Of a stretch of DNA of 64,000 nt, positions 23,492-35,621 are shown in pieces. Each line of letters starts with the position of its first letter. Position 1 is the first letter of the stretch. The DNA comes from Anthoceros angustus (lineage: Eukaryota; Plantae; Anthocerotophyta). The DNA lies in the NCBI GenBank assembly GCA_010909165.1, contig VJWM01000118.1, positions 62,001 through 126,000 of the forward strand. The letters are read 5' to 3'. The notes under the pieces are model-generated. The model did no database searches, was not told the DNA's origin, and worked only from the letters and a program-made list of their open reading frames with translations. Made by a program: the position numbers and the translations under genes.

Positions 23492-24558
23492 CTATTTCTT
23501 GAACGCAAGGGCTGCAACTGCAGCAACAAGGCCTGCAGCAGCAGCTGCAAATCCTACACCTTTAATTGCATCTGCGGGCATGTATAATGTCAGAATATGA
23601 AGGAGTCAGCTCCAGCCAAAGACGTCACGAATCGACACAGGCTATGGAATACCTGTGGCACTTTGGTGCTCCACAATCTTCTTCAGCAACCGAGCCTGCT
23701 CGAATTCCGGTGCTAACTGCAGTCTCAGCATTCAAGGTTATCGGTGCAATGTGACGGAACCATGCTAGGATCTCGATTCTACTTAGCTAGAATTCTCACC
23801 TGCAGGGCCTCGTCAACCAACTTGAGGGCTTGTGCGGAGTCACCCGCCCTGTACTGCCCGACCGCCAAGAGGTAAGGAATCTCCCTGCACCAAGAAGGTG
23901 GAAAGGAAGCTGCATTCCAGATGCGGTCCCAACGTAAGTTCCAGTTGATTCAAACAATGGAACCACTTTGAGAAACTTGATCAAAACATTAGATACTGAC
24001 ATTCCAGCAAGGCAATGCCCCGTTTCACATCATCACTTTGCTTTGAATGAACAAGAGCCCAAGCCAGTCTCATGATACTCTCATCCCTATCCTGAGCAAC
24101 AGTAGACCAATCTCCTCCTCCGGCTGGCTCCCGTTCACACTCTGATTCCCCGGCTGCCTCCCGTTCCAATTCCTGAGAGAAGCCATTCTAAGAATACTAA
24201 CGCCACATGACCAGTGCCCAGTTCACCGAATCCTAACCACTCCAGACAGACAGCACGACCTGCATGTCAAACCCTGTCTGCCATCTTGCACACAGTTATA
24301 TCACTCAAACAAGGTCCAAACCATCTGAGCAGATCCCACTCACACCGCTCAATAATCCAGCAGACATGCAAAAGATGCACCGGGAAACATCATCCCTCCT
24401 CCCAGATGAACCTTAATTCTTTCAACCACACAGATCACAGAAACATTGGAGTCACATACCTCGATAATGTACTCATCGGTCCAAGGCATAAAGTCGGTGG
24501 TGCCAAATATTTCACCCATCTTGTCCAGAAACGGTGGACAAGATTCGTGTCTCTCCAT
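23492..24558 (-). CDS. FIS1: FIS1 paralogue, diverged tandem copy (5 exons; an in-frame upstream ATG exists at 24579)
   Basis: Same exon structure as the first copy with an open frame: FLDKMGEIFGTTDFMPWTD, MRLAWALVHSKQSDDVKRGIALLE, REIPYLLAVGQYRAGD, and TM tail ...AALAFKK*. Confidence 0.85.
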
Positions 24559-24927
24559 TCCGCTTTCAGAATTTCCCATCGCCACGCCGCAGCAACTCAG
24601 AGAGAGCCTGGCCGATCCAGAGGTCGGTGAAGGCCCCGATCAGGATCAGGCTATGTTTCATGTATCTTGCACGCACTTCTTGTACAGGGTTTCTAAATTT
24701 TGCAAGCCTTCTTCCCCGCCAAGTGGACTGAGACTGGCGGGAAGGTGCCGGTGGCCGGTAAGTTCTCACCGGGTAGCACTTGAGGCCGGCTTACTGACCG
24801 CGGGTGAAACCGGATGAACCAGCTCGACGCTAAGTGATGTACCTGGAATCCGAACGCTGAGTCGTGGAAGTCGTGCCGGCCCTTGTGAGGGACGCAGTGT
24901 GCTCCGTGTGGCGCTCAGTCTGTAGCG

Positions 24928-25625
24928 ATGGTGGCTGCCAAAGCGGCGAACGCAGTGCCCGGGGCTTTCGGCAAAGTGCACCTGGTGTCTCCTGTTCTCA
25001 AGAAGTTTCTTGGTGTTGGAGAAATTTCTCGTGTGGACCTCACGAAGTCGGTATGGAGCTACATCAAGGACAACAAGCTGCAGGCAAGTCTCCCTGTCCC
25101 GTTTCTTTCCATTTAGGGCTTTTCTTATGTCGACCTTTGTCCGTGTGTAGTCTGGCCTCCACGCCCATTGAGTCTTGACGTTGTACCATAGCTGGAGTTA
25201 CCCTGTGCTGTTGTGTGCATTCGCGTCTCGTGTTTTCCGTAACCAGAAGTTTGAGCTGCAGCCCGTCTTGAGTCTAAGTTGTTTTCGCTGAATTTATGAT
25301 GCCGTAGTTTGTCCAATGTGTGAGCTGCCGTGCTTTAGCTGATGCTGATGCTGCTTTTGCAGGTAGGTTATGTCTGGAGTGTGTTCTCCTTGAACCGATT
25401 TAACATTGAAAAGTGGGGGCTGCGGATGCAAAGTGAAACGTAGGTCTTGGTGGTGGCAATGATTTGTTCTCACTTCTGCGCCTTGTCCAACAGAATCCTG
25501 AGAAGAAGAGGGAGATCGTGTGTGATGACAAGCTGAAGGCCATCTTTGGGAAAGAACGAGTTGATTTCTTAGAAGTTCAGAAGCTGCTCAACCCCCATAT
25601 CCTTGCCAAGAAGGAGAGCACTTGA
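24928..25625 (+). CDS. Small SWIB/MDM2-domain protein (2 exons: 24928-25083 and 25494-25625)
   Basis: VSPVLKKFLGVGEISRVDLTKSVWSYIKDNKLQ | NPEKKREIVCDDKLKAIFGKERVDFLEVQKLLNPH is a typical SWIB domain. The intron is GC-AG. Confidence 0.9.
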
Positions 25626-26038
25626 CTGCCGTGGTGACGTAGGCTTTTAGTCCGATGCGTTTTGGAGTTGCAGTGTGGACCTCTGTCAGCTCAAATGGGA
25701 ATGTGCGTACAGTGCTCTCTTCTTCTTCTCGTGGCAGTGTCACTCGTCGCTGTTCACGCCACCAGGCAGTCTCGAGACTCTTCCTATGGTAAACTGTAGT
25801 TGAGGACACTTCCTTGTGGTCATGCGTTTTGTCAACAGCATGAGTCTGAGATGTGATTATGGTTGGCGGGAGTGACTGCAAGTATTGCCCTTTTCCCCAC
25901 TGAGGCGGAGGCTGCTTGTCTTGTAACAACCTGATGTAAATTGAATTGAAGGAAGGTGTCGTACCACACTGAATTGTAAAACTGTCAAGGTGGAGATGCG
26001 CGTTCATGGCCGAATGGCACCCAAGGCTAATGAGTGGC

Positions 26039-27288
26039 TCAGACGCTCGTGAACAACCTTGCTTCTAAGACTGCAATCCTCTCTTCCAGCTCCTTGATAT
26101 GCATCCTATGCGCGGCAGCCTCTTCTCTTGCCTGTTGCAGTAGCAGCTCCATGTTTGGACAGGCATCAGGGTAGAAATCTCTGCGCAAGGAAAGCAGGGA
26201 GACATGAGTCCAAGGAAGACAGCGGTGGGGGAACAAACGGAAGTGTGAGAGGTGAATACGAACATTGTGCTGCCGGTATCAGGGCATGCCTGCAGCTTCT
26301 CTATGAAGCTTGTCAGGTACTGCTCTTTGTGGAAGAGAACATTGTAGATCACACAGCCATTGCGTGCCCAAAAGTAGTAGAACACAGCTCCAGCGACAAC
26401 CAGGGACAAGAAGCACCTGCCGCCAGGTTTCTTGTAGCCTTCCGTTTGGATCGTGACAAGTGATAGCAGAAACAGAAACAGAGACATCACCCCTCCGTTG
26501 CGGATCAGCCTGCACCACCACCAAGGAGCTGTTGAACACAGGTGCTGCGGAAGCATGATGCATGAGATGATGTTACTAACGTCACCTGAACTCGTTGTAG
26601 TGTGCCATGATGTTCCTCAGGGTGAACGCAAGGCCAAGGAAGACACAGAAGTAGAGCGGAAACAACACAAGAAGACCAATGGACCAATACCGTGTCTGTA
26701 TTTTGCAATCACCCTCCTGCTTCACGAATCTGGAGGCACCACCGGAATCCGATGAGCAACAAAGACGACAAAAAACCCATCCAGGTGCATCCGACCAACA
26801 TTCATCACAAGGCGTCCATTCTTGCTGTCCATCACTCACTCGCTTCCTTTGAAAACAGTGGCAACAGTGGAAAAGCCAATAACTGGAGCCAGCAACAACA
26901 CCAGGGGCAGAATAATGTGCTTGCATCTTCCGATTGTCTGCGCCTTCCTGATGAAGATGAGATGCAAATTGAAGAGCCGCACCGTCATACAGTTCAGCCA
27001 CAACGCAAACCCAAAACAGGCCTGCAGCCAGAAAGTCCACAGGGGACACACCCCGAATATGCTTCCCTTATCTCGCCCCAAGTGACCATTCACCACGATG
27101 GTTGCTCCCAGCCAGACCAGCCCACCCACAGAGCTCATCACAGTCAGGTCCACAGCTTTGGTCCTGATGGGCGAGTACTTCCGATTCACAACGATCACCA
27201 CATTCCCGAGAATGAAAGGTATGCAGCCTAGGGCCACAAACACTCCAGTCACGTAGTCCAGAGGATGTCGGCAGTTTCCAGGGCACAT
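26039..27288 (-). CDS. Seven-transmembrane protein homologous to the 7TM domain of plant RGS1 but lacking the RGS box (about 326 aa, 4 exons)
   Basis: Exons 27288-26840, 26729-26586, 26509-26264 and 26180-26039 are phase-consistent GT-AG; the last donor is least certain. Motifs parallel AtRGS1 recalled from memory: CRHPLDY~CPSDY, CPLWTFWLQACFGFALWL~CYLWAVWIEGPLGFGLLM, LHLIFIRK~LYFIFVKK, ILPLVLL~FLPLVLL, HYNEFR~RFDELR, PDTG~PDSG. Confidence 0.75.
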
Positions 27289-29183
27289 GGTGGCCTCCGG
27301 AGTTTCATTCCTGAACTCTCCTTTTTCCTACCTCTCTCCTTTTGCAGCAGCTGCTGTCTTCCCACAGGCCACACACCCTGCAAACATCATCTGAGCCCGC
27401 TCCAATTCTGAGCAGCTCGCATCGGGCAGGGCCAGAAGTTGAAGGAGGGAATTGGGAAGGGGTTGATCCCAAGTGCCAATGCCCATGAGCACCATGGGGG
27501 AGGCGACTTACTGGTGAAGATGGCGGCACACCACTGGGTTGACATGGCATTCTCCTGGAGCAATGCAATTGCCGTCACTCCGTAGTCGTAGAGTTTTGGT
27601 CGGACGCGATTTTTTTGGGAACTGCCATCGGTCTCGTCAACACTCGACATTGAATGGTTGAATGAATGAGCTGGGGAATTTGGTTTGGAATTGTGGTAGA
27701 CCGCACTCTACAATAATTTTTTATATATGCGATAAATCATGCTCACATTTATTCTTATTTTCCAATAAAGCGTTGGCATCTCACTGAACTTTCTCAAAAC
27801 AGTATAAAGTATATGCTTAACACGTCATGTCCGGTGTAGGGGGTAGTTATTTTGACACCCATTTGTTGAACGTACACTATTTAAATATTTAAATATTCAA
27901 CTTAGAGTTAAAATAATTATTAGACTTTTTAAAATAAACCTTCCTTTAAGCGTGACAAGCTCAAATGGCAGGCATAGAAGCTTGTAAGAAGGTATATTTC
28001 AATATCGTCATAATTCTAATCTTTATTTTAATTTACCTACTATGGGGGCGATTTTATTTCAGTAGAGTATAGCTCATGTGGCTAGGCATAAGAAGGTAAT
28101 TTTTAATACTGAAAACTCAAATTTTAATTTGGGTTTACTGTTGGAGGAGATTGAATTCCGGTTGAGTACATCGTTTTAAGACCGGGTTGTGTGTGGGTTG
28201 GGGGGCTACCAAGTTGCAGTCATTCTGACAAGCACCCCTTAATTTCAAGAGGTAGCAAAGTCACGTAGGACCTGTGAACTTCATGAACTCCTATCTACCT
28301 ACCGCGTCAAAAATTATTTTGATCCTATACCAACTTTAAATGTGTATGTTGAATACAAGATGCCTTCACCCCATAATTTTTAAGGATGCCTCCACCCCGT
28401 ACATACTTTTTGTCTTCACTTGAGGGGTGACACTATAGGCATCATAGAGTTTATAGAAACTCAAATGTTTTCAAAAATTTGGATATGTGCCAACTTTAAA
28501 AAGGTACATATATTGATCGAAGGATGTGTCCACCGAGAATTGAGTTGATTCATTTAGAATTCAAACTACTATGTATGTAACGTTAAACCTTAAACAAATA
28601 ATTTTTCCAATGAGTTCAAAATTCTTTGAACTTTTATTCTAAATTTCCACACTCTTTGTTGAAATATGCCTCGCATGTGTATAGTGTCCGAACAAATTCA
28701 AGACTTGCTGGGTAGTCTTTGAATTGGAAATACATTCAAGATTAATTCGTCAGTCTATTTCTTACAGTCTAATTTGAATTAGTGTATTGAACTTCACCAA
28801 CCATTGATGGAAAGTTGAAATTTTTTAAATTACAAAAAGATAAAGTAAACAGCCTCACTAGCTATGGCTAAGCAAATCTAAGATGGCCTACCGACCTTAT
28901 GCTCATAAGATGAGTCTCATAGGTTTAAACTAGGTATTTAATTAGGTATCTTCTTGAATATCTTTCAGGTTTGCAAATTAGGAGCTATAGAAATATTCTT
29001 AACAAGTATTCACATCCAAACAATCTTATAGTGGAACATAATGGTGCTGTCATTTCCACTGTTTGATCAGTAATTGGCATCCATCCCATTCGTTACCAGC
29101 TCCATGTTCGTTTGTTCGTTTTGGTGCTTTCTCCTTCCACAAAGGATTGTAAATTAGGAAAGCCCACCAATAAAGAATTTCCG

Positions 29184-29744
29184 TTATGCGACCGAGCCGG
29201 AAGCCCACAAAACCGTGAAAGGAGCGGGATCGAGATCAGTCTCGTAGAGAACCACCAAATTCCCGTCGTCCTGTAACATGAGGTAGAAGGGCGGCAGAGG
29301 ATCGTTGAAGTAGGTGTCGCTGCTGTGCCACTGCACCCTGCTGTTCGCCATGCCTTTCAGTACGCACACCTGGCCGCGACCGAGCAGCCGGAAAATGCAG
29401 GTGCCCCCGCCGCCATTGGTGCCCGTGCTCCAGATTGCCCCACCGAGCGTTTCCGCGCCCGTCGTTACGTCCTTGGAGTACCTGTATATCACCACATTGC
29501 AGTCCTCTTGCATTATAAGTTTGAACTTGGAGCTGGCGCTGACCATATAAGCTCCCACTTTGAGAATGTCGTTGGGCTGCATCTTGTCGCCCGGAGTCGT
29601 TCCTGATTCATACACAACGTAGGGCACCGGCGGCCTCCGAGATGCCCCCGGGTCTTGTGGAAATTGGGCATTTGCAAATGCTAGCAGGCACAACACGGCG
29701 CAGGGGATTAGCATGGGCATAGGAAACTTGCGTATCATTTCCAT
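29184..29744 (-). CDS. Secreted GNA-related (bulb-type, B-lectin) mannose-binding lectin, intronless
   Basis: Hydrophobic signal peptide (LIPCAVLCLLAFANA). QxDxNxVxY-like motifs MQEDCNVVIY and LQDDGNLVVLY, plus IWSTGT and LWASGS. Confidence 0.88.
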   Translation of the reverse strand: MEMIRKFPMPMLIPCAVLCLLAFANAQFPQDPGASRRPPVPYVVYESGTTPGDKMQPNDILKVGAYMVSASSKFKLIMQEDCNVVIYRYSKDVTTGAETLGGAIWSTGTNGGGGTCIFRLLGRGQVCVLKGMANSRVQWHSSDTYFNDPLPPFYLMLQDDGNLVVLYETDLDPAPFTVLWASGSVA

Positions 29745-30230
29745 GGCTGGAGCGTCTCAGCGTCTCAGTACGAGCTGCCTTCGAGAGGGCAGTCGGGGAG
29801 CACCGTACCTTTGGTTGTGTGTTCTCAGCTTGGTAACCGGAAATTTACGAACGCTGTATTCAGACTGGTTTCCAAGTTTCCAAACTTTCCAGTAGTTCAG
29901 GAGGAAACAGAGCATCCCGGAAACCTGACCTGCAATGACAGAGAAACAGTATTTTAGGGTGGATGAGAATCTCGAGAAATGTAGCAAGTCAGCAAAATAC
30001 AAATAAGGCACAGCTTAACCACACCTCACGAGGTCTCAATGTTCGTCATGAAGCTCGTTTGGAGAAAAATTAACGTCCGATCTGGATCACCCGCGGTGGA
30101 ACGGTGATGGCATTCCGTTCATTTATCGCACGGAAACGAATCAGGTTTTGAGGACCACTCTCTAATGCCGAGGTCAATGAATAAGCCTCACTCTATGCAC
30201 CTACTTTCAACGCCTCGAGTAGGCTGCCTA

Positions 30231-31977
30231 CTAGATCAAGGACAGCTCGCCGGCAGGCACTGATCTCTTCACGAGTTTGGCCCAAGATTCATTTGTCTCG
30301 GCTATAACCTTCAGAGCATATTCCTGAAAGGGAACCGTACGGAGGTTTAGAACCTAGAAAAGACGAATTAATCAAGCGAGCAAGGGCCAAGAGCTCACCT
30401 TATCCGCGGCTTTGTTCCCAAGGCCGAACTTGTTTGCCGGCTTCCCATCAGGGATTTTGTAGTCTCTGAACCAGTCCCTGATGGCTGTTAATGTTCCCTG
30501 GCAACATAAATCAGAAGCAACATCAGCTCCAATCATAAGCACAACCAAATGACAAGACGGACAGGTACGGAACATCAAATATTCACCGGAAAATGTTTCT
30601 CTACGCTTTCTATGTCGTTGACAAGAGAGGCCTTTGGATCGTCCACAGATATCGCTACGACTTTCCAATCCAACTCGCCCTCGTCTATCATGGCCAGGAC
30701 GGCCAAAGGCTTAACCTTCAGTACATCGCCTATCTTTGCTTGCCTCTCCCCAATCTCCACAACATCCACTGCAGAAGACAAACTTTACTAACTGCTTGCC
30801 ATAGTGAAGAGCTCAACTGCAAGATATTGTGTGGACTGGCTTGAGCGGCCTAGACCTTAAAAGTATATAGGAACATGATACTAACAGCTCCACAGCATAT
30901 ATTACCTGGATCGTTATCCCCAAAAGCTCCTTCCACTTCAGAGTTTGCATGTGTAGGATCCTCCCAAGTCTGTGGCAGCAACCCGTAGTTCCAGTTTATG
31001 TTGTACCTGTGAATGAAAAGAAAGGATTACCAGCTCGACCATCACCAGTTTGCCTGAAATCCCATGGAATGCGAAAGCGCGGCTAAGGTAGTACTACAAC
31101 CGAGAACCGCAGAAGAATACCGTAGAAAAGCACGTACGGATAGAAGCGAAGCTTGCCCTTCTTTGTGTCCTGCTTGATAGGAGTGTTAGCTTCATCCGTA
31201 GCCACCTCCATTTTGGCACTTGTCTCCTTCGGAATCTCGACTACGAAGTGAAACAGGCCATCTCCGGCATGGAGAGGAATATCATGCCAAGGGGAAATCT
31301 GCAAGCAAGTATCCAAAGCCTCATCTACCTAACACCGACAATAAACCCTAACAGCGCTGAAACAACAAACTGCAAACGCCGACAAGGACTGTCACCAGAC
31401 TGGCACAAACAGAGAGGCGCAAATTCAGGATTGACAGAATTCTCCACACCCTAAGCGCCATTTCGTCCAACGATCAAGTAACGTCTACAGCGGCATTAGA
31501 TGATGCACTGCAGGTCCAATCCACACGGCACCAAAGGCACAGTCACTCAAGCAACGCAATCACCTCACCTCACGTTACAACACACACCAGTCTCCGAACA
31601 CGAGCTGAGACTGATCCACCAGGACGCCAATCCAGATCAGCTCAGCACAGACGACCACCGAGGTGCCAGGCAGAGCATCTCACAGTTTTACCGGACTTGG
31701 CCGCGAAGAAGACACGGTAATCGAGAGTCTCCGGCTGCCCGTTCTCGCGCACGTCGAAGTCAGGGCGCTGCAATGCTCGCCAGGCGTGCAGGCCCCGGGC
31801 GGGCGCCTGCGCCGCAGCTGCAGCCGACCTCCCCTGCCGCAGAGCCTGCCCCTTCCATGCGCCCAGGCAGCAGCGCAGGCCGGCTGGAATGCTGCATGCC
31901 TCAGTGCGCCAGGACACTGCCCGCGCAGAGGCGGGAGAGCAGTGCGGCACGGCGGCTCGCATCCCCGCCACGGCCAT
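30231..31977 (-). CDS. PPA6: Plastid soluble inorganic pyrophosphatase (PPa6 type), about 7 exons
   Basis: Transit-peptide-like N-terminus. [79 protein letters not shown]; ends GELSLI*. Confidence 0.93.
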
Positions 31978-32502
31978 CGCTCTCGCGCGCAGATCGACGT
32001 TCACAAGCTGCTGAATTGCGCGACGATAGGATTCGAGAGGCCTTCAGAGCGGAGCGTAAAAACTAGTAACGCCGAAGTATATGCCCTCGCTGCACCAACG
32101 AGCAGAAACAAGCCAGGCCCAACGTTTTTTTATGGACGGACAGAGTTACAAGATAGAGCTCTTGTTTTGCATCCCGAGGAACTGCGAAGGTAAATAACTG
32201 TCTGGTGCCAATAGCTCCAGGCTTTACAAGTCACAAACTTCCTGCATTTGAGGTACAGGGAGGGATCTAATGTAATGTTATGAGTTCTAGTTGTGAGGCA
32301 CAACAGAGGTGTAGCATCTAGGAGTCCTGCACAAGGAGATACACTGGCTGGAGGGAAAGGAATGGAGCAAGCACTTGCTCCTGACGTCTCCAATGAGCAG
32401 GAAGTGAGGCAAGGGGCAGCTTGCCAGGATGCAAACGTGCTGACCTAGCATCGGCTCACAAATATCTATTGAAAAATGATGTCCGAGGAGGCAGCAAAAT
32501 TT

Positions 32503-35500
32503 TCATTCTTCTGCTACACGAAGATCATTTCTAGCATCCCCTGTGTGATCCCACGCAGTGGCTCCAGCATTCTCCCATTCATCCCAATCCCGCCTTCTCT
32601 TTTTCCCTTCGCCATGCCTGGATCTGCGAGGAGCTTCGTCTTCGCTCTCACTGTCATCATCGTCGCCTGCGTAAAATTTGCTGCCGTAAGTGAGCTGGTC
32701 GCCGCCATCCTGCCCATCAAATTCACCGTGGTCGGATGATTCAGAGCTTCTCCTTTGCGAGGATGAGGGTGCGTTCTTCCCAGAAACACCAATTCTATCG
32801 GAAGGTTTAGGCCTCTTTGGAGGCCGCTGATCTTCAGTCGCCCTAGGGCCCCCGAGTTTGGGCCCCCCCATTGGGTATGGTGGGGGGAATGGCATCCCCA
32901 TTGGCCGATTTGGTCTGAGCATAGGGCCATGGCCATAAAATGACCCGCCAGGGCCAGGATTCATCATCCCTGGATGCGGACCCTGAACCCCCATCATATG
33001 AGGAGGAGGACCCATCACCTTTGGGCCACCAGGAGGGAACATTCCACCAGAATGATGCTGCACAGGGAAGTAAGGGCCAGGCACAGGGCCCATGCCATCC
33101 ATAGGTCCAAACCCTGGACCGTCAGGACCAAGGAATGGGGGAGGAGGACCGCCAAACATCTCTCCAGGAAGCATCCCAGGACCTTCCCTGTTCATCCAAT
33201 TCATACGAAACCCGTCAACACCCATATCCGGATGAGGCCTGAAGCCCATAGGCGGCCTTGGTCCTAGACTTCTACCACGATCCATAACATCGAGACCTGG
33301 TCCATTTGGCAGCCACATCTGATTGGGCCCCCGCATCATAGGCCTACCCCTCCCATTTCCCATGCCCATACCCAAACTAGAAGCATCTTCTTCATCACTG
33401 TCATTGTCCTCCTGAACATCTTCATTGTCCTCAAAAGGCACAATATTTGTTGGGTCCTCCAATTCCTCATTTGTACTCTGCCCACCTAAAAGTTTTTCTT
33501 CTGATTTCTTTTCACAGTTCCTAGCTACAGCCTGCAAGAATAAAAAAACTTTCATTTGAGACAAACAAAGCCACTCAAGACCATCAGAAGGAGTGAGCTG
33601 ACTTTTCACATGCATGCTCATTGCAAAGCCCTGTAGACCAACATACCATCAACTCACTGTCGGGCTCCAGATACAGAAGAGAAGAGAGCTGCGCCCCAAC
33701 AGTAGGTTCCAACTCTTGGCAATCCCTGCTTATCTAGTCACAGGAAAAACATCTAATCAGCTTTAGTCCACAACACACTCACTCTTGATAGTGCAAACAG
33801 AACTTGAAAGTCCCATCACAAACCTTGACAGGAAGATTATCGTTGTAGGAATTTCGCAGGTGGAGAGTCTTGTTGAATGAGAGCTCACATAACTGCAAAC
33901 ACCATATATGATCATCAATTCCAGCACTCAACAATCTGAGACAGCCTGCCCAATATAATTTGAGTGCCATAAAAAGGCAGCAGCACGAGCACTGAGGTCA
34001 AACACCACAAAGTACCTTCAACCATTTCAGGCAAAAATTTCGACCATAATGGGCAGTCCCGTGAGCCGACTTCCAACCACCTCCTCCTACAATCCCACCA
34101 ATCTTTGACATCATCCGAGCACAACCCTGTTACAACAGGAAACAGTATTAGGAACAACTAACTGTGTGAGGTAACTCCCGCCAAAATGATCACCAACCTG
34201 AAAATGGCGTGTCTCATTAACAGAGAAAATAAGGATGACATTTTCACATGAATCATAAGCTTCATTCAGCTTTGATTCATTGTTCCTATGTGTTGCCCAC
34301 AAGCCCCTCTCAACCGACAGATTGAGATTTTCACGGTTGCTACTCTTCACTATGAAGAACCTGCAGAGCCGAAGGACATAGTTAGTTCCAAGAATTTGAT
34401 CAAATACGTCATTTTTGTCAGGCAAAGATGATAGAAAGGGGCAAACCAGTTGCACAAATCCCAAAAGGTTGCAGGCACTATAGCGCATGAACCAACCTTG
34501 AGTAACCTGGAGGAAGTGGAGCTGACATGGACTCCACTTTAGGCTGTTGCACACCATTGGCAGACATCAGATGCATACCAGGCTGAGCTAAGTGCATAGC
34601 AGACGGTTGGTCTGAGCGTTGCTGCCCTTTCTGCTGCTGTGGCTGGGTTTGAGAGTCCTCCCCGCCTGCTCCCACATTAGCAGGCGCCGGAGGATGCTGC
34701 CAGGAAGAACCATCTGGGTGTCCATGGTTCTGATTCTGTCTTTGCTGCTGCTTGCCATGGTGACCACCGTTAGGAGCATAAACTCGGTGCTGGAGCTTCT
34801 GAAGCACTTGCTCAATTGCAGGAGCGGGGCCCTGTATCTTCTGGTGTCGGTATCGGCAACCAGGCCCATTCGGGCAGAAACCCAACTTGTACCTATCAAC
34901 ATAGTCTTTGATCAGACAGCTATACAAAAAGCTCAGCTAGTCCCAGGTTATACAATCCTGACTTATATAGAGATGATATAAATGCTCCACGGCTTAAGTA
35001 CAACATACAAAACAAAAACCCACAACTGCGCTATCCCCAACACGAGACACTCTGTCCAAGTCATGCCACCCTACTCTAGAGTGTCTCCACTACCTACTCC
35101 AGCTCCCACACCTCTGTGGAGGACCAAGACTGCAACCCTATCGGCATTACAAACTGGTGGCATGCTACCGGCTGGTGCAGAACAACAAAATGGCCACTGG
35201 AGGCATAATAAAAGTTAGAGCAGGCCTACATGTTGCATTCCTTGATGTCCTCATTAGTGTGTTTGTAGATGCAGTCAGCCTCACGACACTCGCCAAACTT
35301 GGCGAAAAATCGGCATACCGGCATGCGCGATTTGTCGTACTGGTGAAGGAACCCGCAGGCATCCCCCTTCATACACAGCCCCCTGAGCCAATGGCGGCAC
35401 ACCGTCTGCCTGTAATTCTTTCGGCCCTGCGAGGTTTTAGAACCCGCCAACAAGCTGCCAGCGAATGGCGCGGCTCCTCCATTATGCCCTCCGCTTCCAG

Positions 35501-35621
35501 GCAACGCTGCCAGAGGAGGTGTGGGTCCCGAAGCTCCGCCGACCCCTGCACCCCCGGCCAAGGCCACGTTCTCCAACCCTCCCTCGAAATCGAAGTTGAG
35601 CGCGCCATCCGCGTCCTCCAT
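32503..35621 (-). CDS. CPSF30: CPSF30 long isoform (three CCCH zinc fingers, YTH m6A-reader domain, Pro/Gly/Met-rich tail)
   Basis: MEDADGALNFDFEGGL, RQTVCRHWLRGLCMKGDACGFLHQYDKSRMPVC, YKLGFCPNGPGCRYRH. YTH motifs: FFIVKSSNRENL...WATHRNNE...ILIFSVN and LCELSFNKTLHLRNSYNDNLPVK. Confidence 0.95.

Noticed and set aside
26692-27231. 179-aa plus-strand ORF over the 7TM gene
   Set aside because: Antisense shadow of hydrophobic codons; no independent motifs.
27700-29050. 1.3-kb AT-rich tract as a MITE or DNA transposon
   Set aside because: Composition suggests TE debris, but I found no convincing TIR, TSD or coding remnant.
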